From Bacillota bacterium (GTDB lineage: Bacteria; Bacillota; Sulfobacillia; JABLXB01): a stretch of DNA of 34,063 nt. A program made the translations under genes and the position numbers. This document shows positions 1 through 9,065 of this stretch, one piece after another. The first letter of the stretch is position 1. Every line of letters begins with the position of its first letter. The notes under the pieces were generated by a model, which had not been told where the DNA came from, searched no databases, and was given only the letters and a program-made list of their open reading frames with translations. The stretch is from assembly GCA_024653225.1 (NCBI GenBank), contig JANLGA010000003.1, positions 1 through 34,063 of the forward strand. The letters are read 5' to 3'.

Positions 1-145
1 TGAGCCCGCACCCTCGCAGGGTGTTCTCGAACGCCTCCCCCCATCGCTCGAGAGGGTGCACCGAGGTGATCAACGGCTTCAGCGCCACCCTCCCGTCCGC
101 GATGAGGGGAGGCGTTCGAGAACACCCTGCGAGGGTGCGGGCTCA
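1..145. repeat. 40-bp perfect inverted repeat (1-40 / 106-145) around a 65-nt spacer; MITE-like or giant-hairpin element, left arm cut by the window edge
   Basis: TGAGCCCGCACCCTCGCAGGGTGTTCTCGAACGCCTCCCC at 1-40 is the exact reverse complement of 106-145. Each arm contains CACCCT-CGC-AGGGTG. The spacer has a 7-bp stem, GAGGGTG 52-58 / CACCCTC 86-92. Confidence 0.9.
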
Positions 146-280
146 AGGCGGTGGTGTCCCCGGGGTGCTCGTCTCGCGGGACGGCCGCCGACTGAGCGGT
201 CCGGCAGGAATAGAGGGGAGACCGGTTGAAAACCCCGATTGCCGCGAATCGCGCGTGTGGGACGGTCGGGTGACCCGGCG

Positions 281-748
281 GTGACACTCGAGAAGTACCT
301 TCTACCGGGCCATATCGCCGTGAATGTCCAGGCGGATGACTGGGAGGAAGCGATCCGCGCGGTCGGCGGGTTGCTGGTGGACAGCGGCAGCGTGGAGCCC
401 CGCTTCGTGGACGCGATGGTGCGCGTCACCAAGGAGCTCGGCCCGTACGCGGTGATCGCGCCCGGCATAGCGTTGCCCCATGCCAGGCCCGAGGACGGGG
501 TGAAGAGGGGGTCACTGGCGGTACTGCGGCTCGCGAAGCCGGTTCCTTTCGGGAATAGCGTCAATGACCCTGTGGACGTCGTGATAGCATTGGCCCCGGT
601 TGACTCCTCGTCGCACATAGCCGCCCTGGCCGAAATCTGCGACTTTCTCAGGGACGAGGAGAACCTGGCGGCCCTTCGCTCGGCCGGAAGCTGCGACGAG
701 GTCGCACGCCTTCTCCTGTCGGGCGGAGCACCGGGCGAGAGGAGGTGA
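281..748 (+). CDS. PTS EIIA component, L-ascorbate family (UlaC/SgaA-like), set 1
   Basis: DDWEEAIRAVGGLLV...GPYAVIAPGIALPHARPEDGV has the EIIA-2 fold signature with the phosphorylatable His. GTG 281 gives a UlaC-like length of about 155 aa. The track ORF starts upstream at 239 in the same frame. Confidence 0.9.
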   Translation: MTLEKYLLPGHIAVNVQADDWEEAIRAVGGLLVDSGSVEPRFVDAMVRVTKELGPYAVIAPGIALPHARPEDGVKRGSLAVLRLAKPVPFGNSVNDPVDVVIALAPVDSSSHIAALAEICDFLRDEENLAALRSAGSCDEVARLLLSGGAPGERR

Positions 749-749
749 G

Positions 750-1094
750 GTGAACCGGCAACACCGGACTGCCACAGGCGGAGAGGAGGTGCGCAACATC
801 AGGAAGATAACCTGCGTCTGCGGCATGGGCTTGGGGAGCGGCCTCCTGATCAAAATGACGGTGCAGAAGGCGCTCGACAAGCTCGGTGTGAAAGGGATGG
901 CGGTAAATGTGGAAGTCGGGGATGTCAGCACGGCCCGGGCATTCGGGTCGGACCTGGTCTTGGCCTCACCCGAGTTCGGGCCTCGCCTGGAGGGAGGGCC
1001 TTCCCCCGTCGTGGTAGTCAACAACCTTCTGAGCGTTGACGAAGTCCAGACAAAGCTGGCGCCACACGTGAGAGATTGGTTTCCGAATCTCTGA
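750..1094 (+). CDS. PTS EIIB component, L-ascorbate family (UlaB/SgaB-like), set 1
   Basis: ITCVCGMGLGSGLLIK is the active-site Cys loop. GGAGG at 741-745 precedes GTG 750, which lies 1 nt after the EIIA stop. An alternative in-frame GTG is at 789. Confidence 0.85.
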   Translation: MNRQHRTATGGEEVRNIRKITCVCGMGLGSGLLIKMTVQKALDKLGVKGMAVNVEVGDVSTARAFGSDLVLASPEFGPRLEGGPSPVVVVNNLLSVDEVQTKLAPHVRDWFPNL

Positions 1095-1112
1095 CCTGGA
1101 GGAGGTGCCCAA

Positions 1113-2387
1113 GTGACAGGCGTTCTCAAGGTCCTGGTTGACATCCTGAGTGTTCCTTCCGTTCTGGTCGGGTTGATAGCGTTGCTCGGGCTGGTGGCGC
1201 AGAGGAAGCCGGTAGAGGTAGTCATAAGCGGTGCGCTGAAGACGACGTTGGGGTTCATCATACTGGGGTCGGGCGCCGGGGTCGTGATCAACGCGATCGT
1301 CCCGCTCGGCGACATACTGCAGCACGGTTTCAACATCAAGGGTGTGATAGCCGTCAACGAAGTGGTCATAGCCGTGGCCCAGAAGCAGTTCGGAACCGAA
1401 ATGGCCCTGACCATGGTCGCCGGATTCATCGCCAACATACTATTAGCGCTAGTGCTGCCGTGGAAATACATATTCCTGTCGGGCCATCACACCCTGTTCA
1501 TGGCGACCGTCGCCGTCGCGGTGCTCGGCGCCGGCGCCGGGTTCACCGGTATCCCCCTCATCCTCGCAGGCGCGCTGGTCATCGGGTTCTCGAGCATCTT
1601 CTTCCCGGCGATCTCGGCCCCCTTCATGAGGAAGATCACCGGGGGCGACGACTTCGTGATGGGCCACTGGGGCACGACCGGATACTGCCTGTCCGGTCTC
1701 ATCGGGAAGTACGTGGGCAACCCCGAGGACAGCACGGAGAACATCAAGCTCCCGTCGTGGGCGAACTTCATGCGCGAACCGCTGATCGCCATGGGGATCG
1801 TGATGTCCGTCGTCTACATCATCGCGGTACTCAAAGCCGGTCCCGAGTTCGTGGCGACCAAGAGCGGCGGCCAGTGGCCCCTGCTTTACGCCGTCATGCA
1901 GGGGTTGCTCTTTGCCGGCGGAATAGGCGTGATTCTCCTCGGCGTCCGCATGATCCTCGCGGAGATCGTGCCGGCGTTCAGGGGATTCGCCGAGAGGATA
2001 GTCCCCAAGTCCAAGCCGGCGCTCGACTGCCCGGTGGTTTTCCCGTACGCGCCCAACGCCCTTCTGATCGGGTACCTGTTCAGCACCTTGGGCGGCATCG
2101 TGGCGATGTTCGTTCAAGTCGCGGCGGGTTGGACGGTCATGGTGCCGAGCATGATAATCCACTTCTTCTGCGGCGGCTCGGCGGGCATATTCGGGAACGC
2201 GACGGGCGGGAAGAAAGGCGCGATGGTCGGGGCTTTCGCCCACGGCATCTTGGTGACGCTGCTTTCGGGGTTCCTGTACCCGTTGATGGGTTCCCTGGGG
2301 TTCGCGAACACGACTTTCGGGGACTCGGACTTCAGCATCATGGGTATCCTGCTGGGCTTCCTCGCGAAGCTCGCGGGCGGAAAGTAG
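1113..2387 (+). CDS. PTS EIIC permease, L-ascorbate family (UlaA/SgaT-like), set 1
   Basis: 424-aa polytopic protein. LKTTLGFIILGSGAG, GVRMILAEIVPAFRGF and ALDCPVVFPYAPNA resemble UlaA. GGAGGAGG RBS precedes GTG 1113. Confidence 0.93.
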   Translation: MTGVLKVLVDILSVPSVLVGLIALLGLVAQRKPVEVVISGALKTTLGFIILGSGAGVVINAIVPLGDILQHGFNIKGVIAVNEVVIAVAQKQFGTEMALTMVAGFIANILLALVLPWKYIFLSGHHTLFMATVAVAVLGAGAGFTGIPLILAGALVIGFSSIFFPAISAPFMRKITGGDDFVMGHWGTTGYCLSGLIGKYVGNPEDSTENIKLPSWANFMREPLIAMGIVMSVVYIIAVLKAGPEFVATKSGGQWPLLYAVMQGLLFAGGIGVILLGVRMILAEIVPAFRGFAERIVPKSKPALDCPVVFPYAPNALLIGYLFSTLGGIVAMFVQVAAGWTVMVPSMIIHFFCGGSAGIFGNATGGKKGAMVGAFAHGILVTLLSGFLYPLMGSLGFANTTFGDSDFSIMGILLGFLAKLAGGK

Positions 2388-2490
2388 CGGTCGACACGGC
2401 CGGGGCGGCCGCTTAGTTTCAATAGGTGGGGAGGGGACCGCGATCCTCTCCCCGTTCATCAGCATCAGGTCAGGCGCCTAAGCTGGACTC

Positions 2491-4014
2491 GTGGACCGGG
2501 AGGAGAGAAGCGACGGGCGCGGTCGCCGGTCGCGGAAGCGGATGCAGCCAAGGAAGCCGTCTATCGTCGTGGTAGGTGGGGGAGTAACGGGCGCGGCCAT
2601 AGCCAGGGAACTGACCAGGTACCGGGTGTCCGTGACAGTGGTCGAGAGAGAGGACGATCTCGCGCGCGGTGCCAGCGGGGCGTGCGGCGGAGTCATTCAT
2701 TCAGGGTTCGACCCCGCGCCCGGGACCCTGAAGGCCTCACTCAACGTCATCGGGAACTCCCTCTATCCCAAGTTGGCGGACGAGCTCGGCTTCGCGTACC
2801 GAAGGACGGGAACCCTGATCCTGGCTTTCGATCCGGACGGCGTGACGCGGCTGGAGGAGATAAGGGGGCGCGCCGCCCGGAACGGCGTCGAGTTGGAGAC
2901 CTGGACAAGGGACAGGGTGATCGCTCTCGAACCCAACGCGAATCCCGGCGTGCTCCAAGCGGTGTTCGCCCCCTCGGCCGGCGCCGTCTTCCCGCCGGAA
3001 GTGGTACTCGCACTGGCGCGGAGCGCCGCACTTAACGGGGCGAGATTCGAATTGGAGACCGAGGTGACGGGCATAGCCGTCAACCGCGGCGCCGTCGCCG
3101 GTGTGGAGACCACACGCGGCTTCATCCCCGCGGACATCGTCGTGAATGCCGCCGGCGTTGACGCGGCGGCGGTGGCGGCCGCCGCGGGAGACCACACCTT
3201 CAGCGTGAGGCCCCGAAAGGGCCAGCAGGTGATACTCGACAAGAGGTACGGCTCCATCGTCGCCCGGCACATCATGACGCTTCCCACGAGGATGGGCAAG
3301 GGAATCGGTGTCGCCCCCACCGTGGGCGGGAACATACACCTCGGATCCACGGCGGAGGACGGGGTGGAGCCCCACGACGTGACCACGACCTCAGCCGGAC
3401 TGGATTGGATATTCGAGAACGCGAAGAAGCTCGTGCCGTGCATTGAGCGCGATTGGATGATCGCCTCGTTCGCGGGCGTGAGGGCGATCTCCGACACCGA
3501 CGACTTCATCGTGAGGGAGAGTCCGGCGGTGGAGCGACTGTTCAACGTCGCGGGTATCCAGTCACCGGGGCTCTCCGCGGCACCGGCGATAGCCTCGCAC
3601 CTGGTGGGGGTGATGGTGAAGGCGGGTGTGCCACTGGAGCCCGAACCGGGTTTCAGGGCATTCCTCGACCCGCCGATCGTCACTTCGCGAATGAGCACCT
3701 CGGAATGGGCGCGCTTGGTCGCCGGGGATCCGTCCTTCGGCAGGATAGTCTGCCGCTGCGAGGGTGTCACGGAGGGCGAGATCGTCCGCGCAATCGAGGG
3801 CCCGCTCGGCGCGCGCAGCATAGAAGGGGTCAAGCGCAGGACGCGCGCCGGCATGGGGCGTTGCCAGGGGGGATTCTGCGGGCCGAGGGTCGCCGCGATC
3901 CTGTCGCGGAGGCTCGGCGTCCCCCTGTGGAAGGTGCGACGGCGGGGGGCGGGCTCCGAGCTCGGCGTCGGACCCGCGAAATGTTGCCTCCGCGGGGGTG
4001 TGGGCGCCCGATGA
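2491..4014 (+). CDS. GlpA-like FAD-dependent dehydrogenase with C-terminal BFD-like [2Fe-2S] domain
   Basis: IVVVGGGVTGAAIAREL is the dinucleotide fold. The C-terminal CRCEGVTEGEI...RAGMGRCQGGFCGPRV is a BFD-like Cys motif. An alternative in-frame ATG is at 2542. Confidence 0.9.
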   Translation: MDREERSDGRGRRSRKRMQPRKPSIVVVGGGVTGAAIARELTRYRVSVTVVEREDDLARGASGACGGVIHSGFDPAPGTLKASLNVIGNSLYPKLADELGFAYRRTGTLILAFDPDGVTRLEEIRGRAARNGVELETWTRDRVIALEPNANPGVLQAVFAPSAGAVFPPEVVLALARSAALNGARFELETEVTGIAVNRGAVAGVETTRGFIPADIVVNAAGVDAAAVAAAAGDHTFSVRPRKGQQVILDKRYGSIVARHIMTLPTRMGKGIGVAPTVGGNIHLGSTAEDGVEPHDVTTTSAGLDWIFENAKKLVPCIERDWMIASFAGVRAISDTDDFIVRESPAVERLFNVAGIQSPGLSAAPAIASHLVGVMVKAGVPLEPEPGFRAFLDPPIVTSRMSTSEWARLVAGDPSFGRIVCRCEGVTEGEIVRAIEGPLGARSIEGVKRRTRAGMGRCQGGFCGPRVAAILSRRLGVPLWKVRRRGAGSELGVGPAKCCLRGGVGAR

Positions 4015-5315
4015 GGCGCTCGAGGGCGGACGTGGTGGTGATCGGGGCGGGTCCGGCGGGACTCGCCGCGGCCTCCGCTGCGCGGGAGGTCGGGGCGCGG
4101 CGTGTGGTCGTGTTGGAGAGGGACGAGCGGGCCGGGGGAATCCTTCCGCAGTGCGTCCACACGGGGTTCGGCCTCCGGCGGTACGGTCGCGACCTGGCGG
4201 GGCCGGAGTATGCGGGGCTCGAGCTGGCCCGGGCGTTGAAGTCCGGCGCGGAAGTCAGGTTGGATTGTTGTGCGCTCAGGCTGGAACCGGGGGGCGGGGT
4301 CCGCCGGCCGAACGCGGTCGTCGCGGTTTCGCCGGCCGGCCTGGAGGAGATCCGGGCGCCGTCGGTGGTACTGGCGATGGGATGCAGGGAGCGGCCCGCG
4401 GGGTCGCTGGGGATACCGGGGAGCCGGGTGGCGGGCGTGATGACAGCCGGCACCGCCCAGCGGCTCATCAACATCGCGGGGATAATGCCCGGCAGGAAGG
4501 CCGTCGTCCTCGGGTCGGGGGACGTGGGGCTCATCGTCGCGCGGCGCTTGGCCCTGGAGGGGGCGACCGTCGCCGGTGTCTTCGAGGCGGTGGCGTGGGC
4601 GGGCGGCCTGCCGAGGAACGTCTCCCAGTGCTTGTGCGACTTCGGGATCCCGCTGTTCCTCGGCCATACGGTCGCCGAAGTGCACGGACGCGCCCGCTTG
4701 GAGGGCGTGACTGTGTGCGAGGTGGGGCGCGACATGAGACCCGTCCGCTCCACGGCGAGGGAGATAGCCTGCGACACGCTGCTCCTCTCGGTCGGGCTGA
4801 TCCCCGAGAACGAGCTGTCGCGGGAAGCCGGCGTGCCGATTTCCCCCGCGACCGGAGGGCCGTTGGTGGACGAGTGCGGGGCCTCACTTACGCCGGGGGT
4901 GTATGCGTGCGGGAACGCCGTGTACGTGCACGACTTCGTGGATGACGTGACGACCGAAGGGGAAATCGCCGGGGCGGCGGCGGCCCGGTTCGCGCTGGGC
5001 GAGAGCGGCGACAGGCGGCGAGACGGGTGCAAGATGTTCTTCAGGGAGGGGCGGAACGTTCGTTTCGTTTCCCCCGCATTCGTTCGCTTGGGCCGCGGGC
5101 GCGCGTGGCCCTCGCTCGCGCTGAGGTCCCGGCGCCCCGCCGCGAACGTGACCCCGGTGTTCAGGTGGGAGGGCGGACAATGCAGTGGCCCCGACCTGGA
5201 GTTCGTGAATCCCGGCGAAACGATTCGCTTGAATCTGCCGGTGGAGGTGCGGGGGCTGATCGAGAGCGATACCCGGCGGGACGTCACCGTCGAGGTCTCA
5301 TTGGAGTCGCAGTAG
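4011..5315 (+). CDS. NAD(P)/FAD-dependent (pyridine nucleotide-disulfide type) oxidoreductase, partner of the GlpA-like protein
   Basis: ADVVVIGAGPAGLAAA and AVVLGSGDVGLIVARRL are two Rossmann motifs. ATG 4011 overlaps the upstream stop (ATGA). The track ORF extension back to 3453 lies inside the previous gene and is rejected. Confidence 0.88.
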   Translation: MRRSRADVVVIGAGPAGLAAASAAREVGARRVVVLERDERAGGILPQCVHTGFGLRRYGRDLAGPEYAGLELARALKSGAEVRLDCCALRLEPGGGVRRPNAVVAVSPAGLEEIRAPSVVLAMGCRERPAGSLGIPGSRVAGVMTAGTAQRLINIAGIMPGRKAVVLGSGDVGLIVARRLALEGATVAGVFEAVAWAGGLPRNVSQCLCDFGIPLFLGHTVAEVHGRARLEGVTVCEVGRDMRPVRSTAREIACDTLLLSVGLIPENELSREAGVPISPATGGPLVDECGASLTPGVYACGNAVYVHDFVDDVTTEGEIAGAAAARFALGESGDRRRDGCKMFFREGRNVRFVSPAFVRLGRGRAWPSLALRSRRPAANVTPVFRWEGGQCSGPDLEFVNPGETIRLNLPVEVRGLIESDTRRDVTVEVSLESQ

Positions 5316-5319
5316 GCAG

Positions 5320-5715
5320 ATGACGGATCGGAAATGGGGGTTTCCTTTGGCGGACTTGGTGTGCGTGATCTGCCCCGGGGGCTGCCGGTTATCGGCGGGA
5401 GATGCGATCGGCGGGCGGGGGGTCGCGGGCGCCCGCTGTCCGCGAGGGATGGAGTTCGCCCGAAGCGAGATGGGGGCGCCCTCGCGGGTGTTCACCGGCA
5501 CCGTCCGCGTCTCGGGGGGAGCCTTGCCGGTAGTTCCCGTGAGGACGAACAAGCCGATCGGCCGCGGTCTACTGAGCGAATGTTCGAGGGTCCTGGCGGG
5601 TTTGACGGTATCGGCCCCCGTTGGCACTGGTCAGGTGTTGCTGCCCGATGTGCTCGGGACGGGCGCCGACGTCATCGCCACGTGCAGCGTAGAGGCCGCA
5701 CGTAGGGGGTGTTGA
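5320..5715 (+). CDS. DUF1667 domain protein, third member of the GlpA-like trio
   Basis: LVCVICPGGCRL...GARCPRGMEFA...TGTVRV...LPVVPVRTNKPI...DVIATC matches the DUF1667 pattern. It starts 5 nt after the previous stop. Confidence 0.85.
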   Translation: MTDRKWGFPLADLVCVICPGGCRLSAGDAIGGRGVAGARCPRGMEFARSEMGAPSRVFTGTVRVSGGALPVVPVRTNKPIGRGLLSECSRVLAGLTVSAPVGTGQVLLPDVLGTGADVIATCSVEAARRGC

Positions 5716-5718
5716 TTG

Positions 5719-6771
5719 ATGGAGCGGATGAGGGCGTTGCTGCTGAACGCGAGGGAGGACATGACGGCGGCCTCGGTCGAGAAGCCGGAACCCGCCGGCG
5801 GCGAGGTGCTGATGAGAGTGCTCGCCGCCGGGATCTGCGGGTCGGACGTGTCCAGGTACGGCAAGATAGGCCCGTACAAGCCCCCGTTGATCATGGGACA
5901 CGAAGTCTTCGGAAGGGTCGAGGGAAAGGGGGCCGGAGTGGAGGATGTCACCGTAGGCGAGACCGGCGTACTGGTTCCGCTCGTTCCGTGCGGGAAGTGC
6001 CCGAGCTGCCGGACGGGTAGGTACTCACTGTGCGACGACTACGACCTCTTCGGGGCGAGGAGGGACGGGGGCTTCGCCGGGTACATCCGCTGTCCGCGCG
6101 ACAACTTCTTCCGGGTTGAGGGAGATCTTCCCGCCGAGGAGGCGGTGTTCGTCGAGCCGGTCGCAACGGCCGCCCACGCCCTGATGAACGTGGGCGTCCG
6201 AGCCGGGGACACCGTCGCCTTTTTCGGCGGCGGCGTGATGGGCATGCTCGGGGCACAGGTCGCGGCGACCATGGGGGCATCCAGCGTATTCCTGGTGGAC
6301 ATTTCCGGGGACAAGATTCGCCTGGCGAAGAAGGTGACGGGGGCCGAGACGATTGACGCATCGCTGGTTGACCCCGTGAAACAGATCCTCGACATGACGG
6401 GTGGTATGGGAGTGGACGTGGCGGTGGAGGCCTCGGGCGCCACTGCCGCGCAGGAGCAGGTCCTTCTCGTTCCAAAGAAGGGCGGCCGAGTGGTGTACCT
6501 GGGCATATCGTACCTTCCACCGGTCATGCAGGCCCGGTCCTTCCAGAACATAGCCAGGCGCGAGCTGGTAGTGACGGGGTCGTGGATGTCGCACTCCCAT
6601 CCGTTTCCCGGAAGGGAATGGGCGTTCGCGTTGCAGGTAATCAAGGAAAGGCGGGTGAGAGTCGCCGAGATGGTCACGCACCGGATCTCCCTCGACGACG
6701 GACCCGCCATGTTTCGCGCCTTGAATGCCGGCTCAATCGTGGCGGGCAAGGTGCTGCTGTTTCCGGACTGA
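5719..6771 (+). CDS. Zn-dependent MDR alcohol/polyol(-phosphate) dehydrogenase 1
   Basis: AAGICGSDV and GHEVFG supply the catalytic Zn ligands. CGKCPSCRTGRYSLC is the structural Zn site and FFGGGVMG the Rossmann motif. The GGGGG RBS precedes ATG 5719. Confidence 0.9.
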   Translation: MERMRALLLNAREDMTAASVEKPEPAGGEVLMRVLAAGICGSDVSRYGKIGPYKPPLIMGHEVFGRVEGKGAGVEDVTVGETGVLVPLVPCGKCPSCRTGRYSLCDDYDLFGARRDGGFAGYIRCPRDNFFRVEGDLPAEEAVFVEPVATAAHALMNVGVRAGDTVAFFGGGVMGMLGAQVAATMGASSVFLVDISGDKIRLAKKVTGAETIDASLVDPVKQILDMTGGMGVDVAVEASGATAAQEQVLLVPKKGGRVVYLGISYLPPVMQARSFQNIARRELVVTGSWMSHSHPFPGREWAFALQVIKERRVRVAEMVTHRISLDDGPAMFRALNAGSIVAGKVLLFPD

Positions 6772-6784
6772 GGGGGGATGACGC

Positions 6785-7804
6785 GTGGGACGGCGGGGCA
6801 AGACGCGAGTCGCGATCGTGGGTTGTGGGCCGATCGCCCACAGGGCATACTTGCCTTTCCTCGTGGGAAGGGATGACGTGGATATCGTGGCCGTGTGGAG
6901 CAGGAGAGAGGAGACCCTCCGCAAGGTCTCGGCCCTCTACGGCATATCGGCGTGCACGACGGAGTTCGAGAAGGTGTTGGAGAAGCGTCCCGACTGCGCG
7001 TTCGTACTGACGACGTGCGAGACGCACCCGAAGTACGCCATCCCGCTTATCGAGTCCGGCTCGGATGTGCTTTGCGAGAAACCGATGGCGTGGACCATCC
7101 GGGATTCGGAGATGATGGTCGAAGCCGCCGCCAAGAGCGGGAGGATCCTCATGATAGGGTTCAACCGGCGGTATTCCGTGCCGTACGCCAGGGCGAAGCG
7201 GTTCTTCGAATCGGGCGTCGTCGAGACGTGCGTGGTAGAGCGGGTGAAGACCACGGGGAGGCCCAGGTGTGTAGCCGAGGACATCGTGCACAACCTCGAC
7301 CTGCTGCGGTGGTATTGCGGTGAGCCCCTCAGGGTGTGGGCCGCCGCGGCGGGGAAGGGGACCGGCGTGCCCGCGCCCGCGCGGCATAGTGATACCAGGC
7401 CCTTCTCGGTGGAAACCGGGGGCCCGGCGGACTTCGAGACCTCCCTGGTCGCCGCCGTCTCGTTCGATTCGGGCGCCCTGGGTGTGGCCGCCGTGTGCTT
7501 TTCCGCGGGGCGGTGGCACGAGAGGACGAGCATCTCGGGGGGTGGCCGGACCGCTGTGATCGAGGCGCCCGACTCGCTCCGACTGATCACCGCGGGCGAG
7601 GATGACGTGGCCGTGAACCTGACCGGTTCGACCGACAGTTGGGCGTCGCCGGCGGAGCTCAAGGGGTTCAAGGCGCAGGTGGAAGAGTTCCTGGAATGCC
7701 ACCTCAGTCGGAGGACCCCGTTGACCAACGGGGCCGACGCGCTGAAATCAATGAGACTGCTGGACCGCGTGTGTCGCGAGGCGGGCATCCCCGCTCTTGA
7801 GTGA
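6785..7804 (+). CDS. Gfo/Idh/MocA family oxidoreductase
   Basis: RVAIVGCGPIAHRAYLP is the N-terminal Rossmann fold and LCEKPMA the family motif. AGGGGGG RBS at 6771-6777 precedes GTG 6785. Confidence 0.9.
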   Translation: MGRRGKTRVAIVGCGPIAHRAYLPFLVGRDDVDIVAVWSRREETLRKVSALYGISACTTEFEKVLEKRPDCAFVLTTCETHPKYAIPLIESGSDVLCEKPMAWTIRDSEMMVEAAAKSGRILMIGFNRRYSVPYARAKRFFESGVVETCVVERVKTTGRPRCVAEDIVHNLDLLRWYCGEPLRVWAAAAGKGTGVPAPARHSDTRPFSVETGGPADFETSLVAAVSFDSGALGVAAVCFSAGRWHERTSISGGGRTAVIEAPDSLRLITAGEDDVAVNLTGSTDSWASPAELKGFKAQVEEFLECHLSRRTPLTNGADALKSMRLLDRVCREAGIPALE

Positions 7805-7910
7805 CGGAAGTCGGTGCGATCGAGCGCCCGGCCATGGAGGAATTCCGGGGTTGTCTATTGAAGTAGTATCTCAAACGAATGGTTATGGGTGAACGTTTGT
7901 GCACGGACCG

Positions 7911-8987
7911 ATGAAAGCCGCGCTACTGACTGCGCCGAACAAGATGGAGGTTGTGCGGGTCCCTTTCCCGGAGTGTGAGCCGGGTGGCATCGTGGTCCGC
8001 GTGCAGGCGTGCGCGATCTGCGGTTCGGACGTGCGCACGTACTTGCAGGGCGGCGAGACGAACGTCCCAAGGGAGTGGCTTGCGGGGGCGGGGCTGGAAT
8101 CGGGGCGGCTGATGGGCCACGAGTTCTCGGGCGTCATAGAATCGGTGGGCGAGCGGTGCACCGAGTTCGCCCGGGGCGAGCGGGTCGCGGTCTCACCGTC
8201 GCTGCCCTGCGGTCGCTGTCACAGTTGCCTCGCCGGCAGGGAGAACATCTGCGAGGACTTTCGGGGGCTGGGGCAGCACTTGCCGGGGGCGTACGCGGAG
8301 TTCGTGGCGGTGCCCGAGGCCGCGTTGCGGGCGGGAAACGTTCACCGGCTGCCGGATTCACTGTCGCCGGACGAAGGGGCCCTCATTGACCCGCTCGCGA
8401 GCGTGTTGAACGGACAGGAGAAGGCGGACATCCGCCCGGGCGAGTCGGTCCTGGTGATCGGGGCCGGGCCGATAGGATGCATGCACGCGGCGCTTGCGAG
8501 GTTGAGCGGGGCGGTTCCGGTGATCCTCGCACAGCGATCCGCACCGAGACTCGAGTTGGCACGGCGTCTGGAGTGTGCGGACGCTTATATAGACACCGGG
8601 CGCGAGGACCTCTGTTCCGCGGTCTTGGGGCTCACGGGCGGGCGCGGCTGCGACGTCGTCATCGTCGCCTGCCCGTCGCGACAAGCCCAGGAACAGTCGC
8701 TCGCCCTGGTCGGAAGGGGGGGTAGGATCGTAATGTTCGGGGGTCTTCCGAGAAGCGACGCGCTGATCACCGTCAACGGCAACGACATCCATTACAGGGA
8801 AATCACCATTCACGGGGCGTTCGCGATAAGGCCGTCCCACTTCGCGACCTCGCTGAAGCTCATTGCCTCGGGCCGCGTCCCCGCGAGAAAGTACGTCACG
8901 AATGCGTTTCCCCTCGACGGTATCGGCGAAGCGTTCAGCGCGGAAGTCCTCAAGAGATCACTGAAGGTAGTCATACATCCGTCATAG
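7911..8987 (+). CDS. Zn-dependent MDR alcohol/polyol(-phosphate) dehydrogenase 2
   Basis: ACAICGSDV, GHEFSG, CGRCHSCLAGRENIC and VIGAGPIG. MKAALL is a typical MDR N-terminus. The track ORF starts at GTG 7899. Confidence 0.9.
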   Translation: MKAALLTAPNKMEVVRVPFPECEPGGIVVRVQACAICGSDVRTYLQGGETNVPREWLAGAGLESGRLMGHEFSGVIESVGERCTEFARGERVAVSPSLPCGRCHSCLAGRENICEDFRGLGQHLPGAYAEFVAVPEAALRAGNVHRLPDSLSPDEGALIDPLASVLNGQEKADIRPGESVLVIGAGPIGCMHAALARLSGAVPVILAQRSAPRLELARRLECADAYIDTGREDLCSAVLGLTGGRGCDVVIVACPSRQAQEQSLALVGRGGRIVMFGGLPRSDALITVNGNDIHYREITIHGAFAIRPSHFATSLKLIASGRVPARKYVTNAFPLDGIGEAFSAEVLKRSLKVVIHPS

Positions 8988-9065
8988 GCGCGATAGCAGG
9001 TGCGTTCGGCGGCCCGACGAGTCGGGCGCCGACGGGTACGCATCACAAAGAAGGGGGTTTGTTAA

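Noticed and set aside
21-284. 87-aa ORF covering the inverted repeat at the window start.
   Set aside because: It is made largely of the two palindrome arms and their spacer, with no RBS or domain signal. The inverted repeat explains the sequence better.
2397-2453. Two small GC hairpins after EIIC-1 (CGGCCG-GGG-CGGCCG at 2397-2411; GGGGAG..CTCCCC at 2428-2453) considered as terminators.
   Set aside because: The stems are short or imperfect and no U-tract follows. The next gene is co-directional about 100 nt away. This is not enough evidence to call a terminator.
3453-4010. Upstream extension of the FAD/NAD(P) oxidoreductase ORF, listed in the track as 3453-5315 (620 aa).
   Set aside because: The extension lies wholly inside the GlpA-like gene in another frame and has no homology-like sequence. 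The Rossmann motif begins right after ATG 4011, which overlaps the upstream stop.
2763-4685. 640-aa minus-strand ORF. Similar long antisense ORFs are at 1449-2465, 9126-10343, 12504-14018, 26140-27219 (plus strand, antisense to the minus-strand sensor gene), 28676-30211 and 30201-31469.
   Set aside because: All lie antisense to genes with strong family motifs. Their translations are Arg/Pro/Gly-rich and low-complexity with no recognisable domains. This is the usual stop-codon-poor artefact of GC-rich DNA.
8970-8983. 14-nt exact repeat GTCATACATCCGTC, also present at 14483-14496.
   Set aside because: One copy is in the last codons of MDR dehydrogenase 2 and the other is intergenic. A single 14-mer coincidence is roughly what chance predicts in a 34-kb window searched on both strands.
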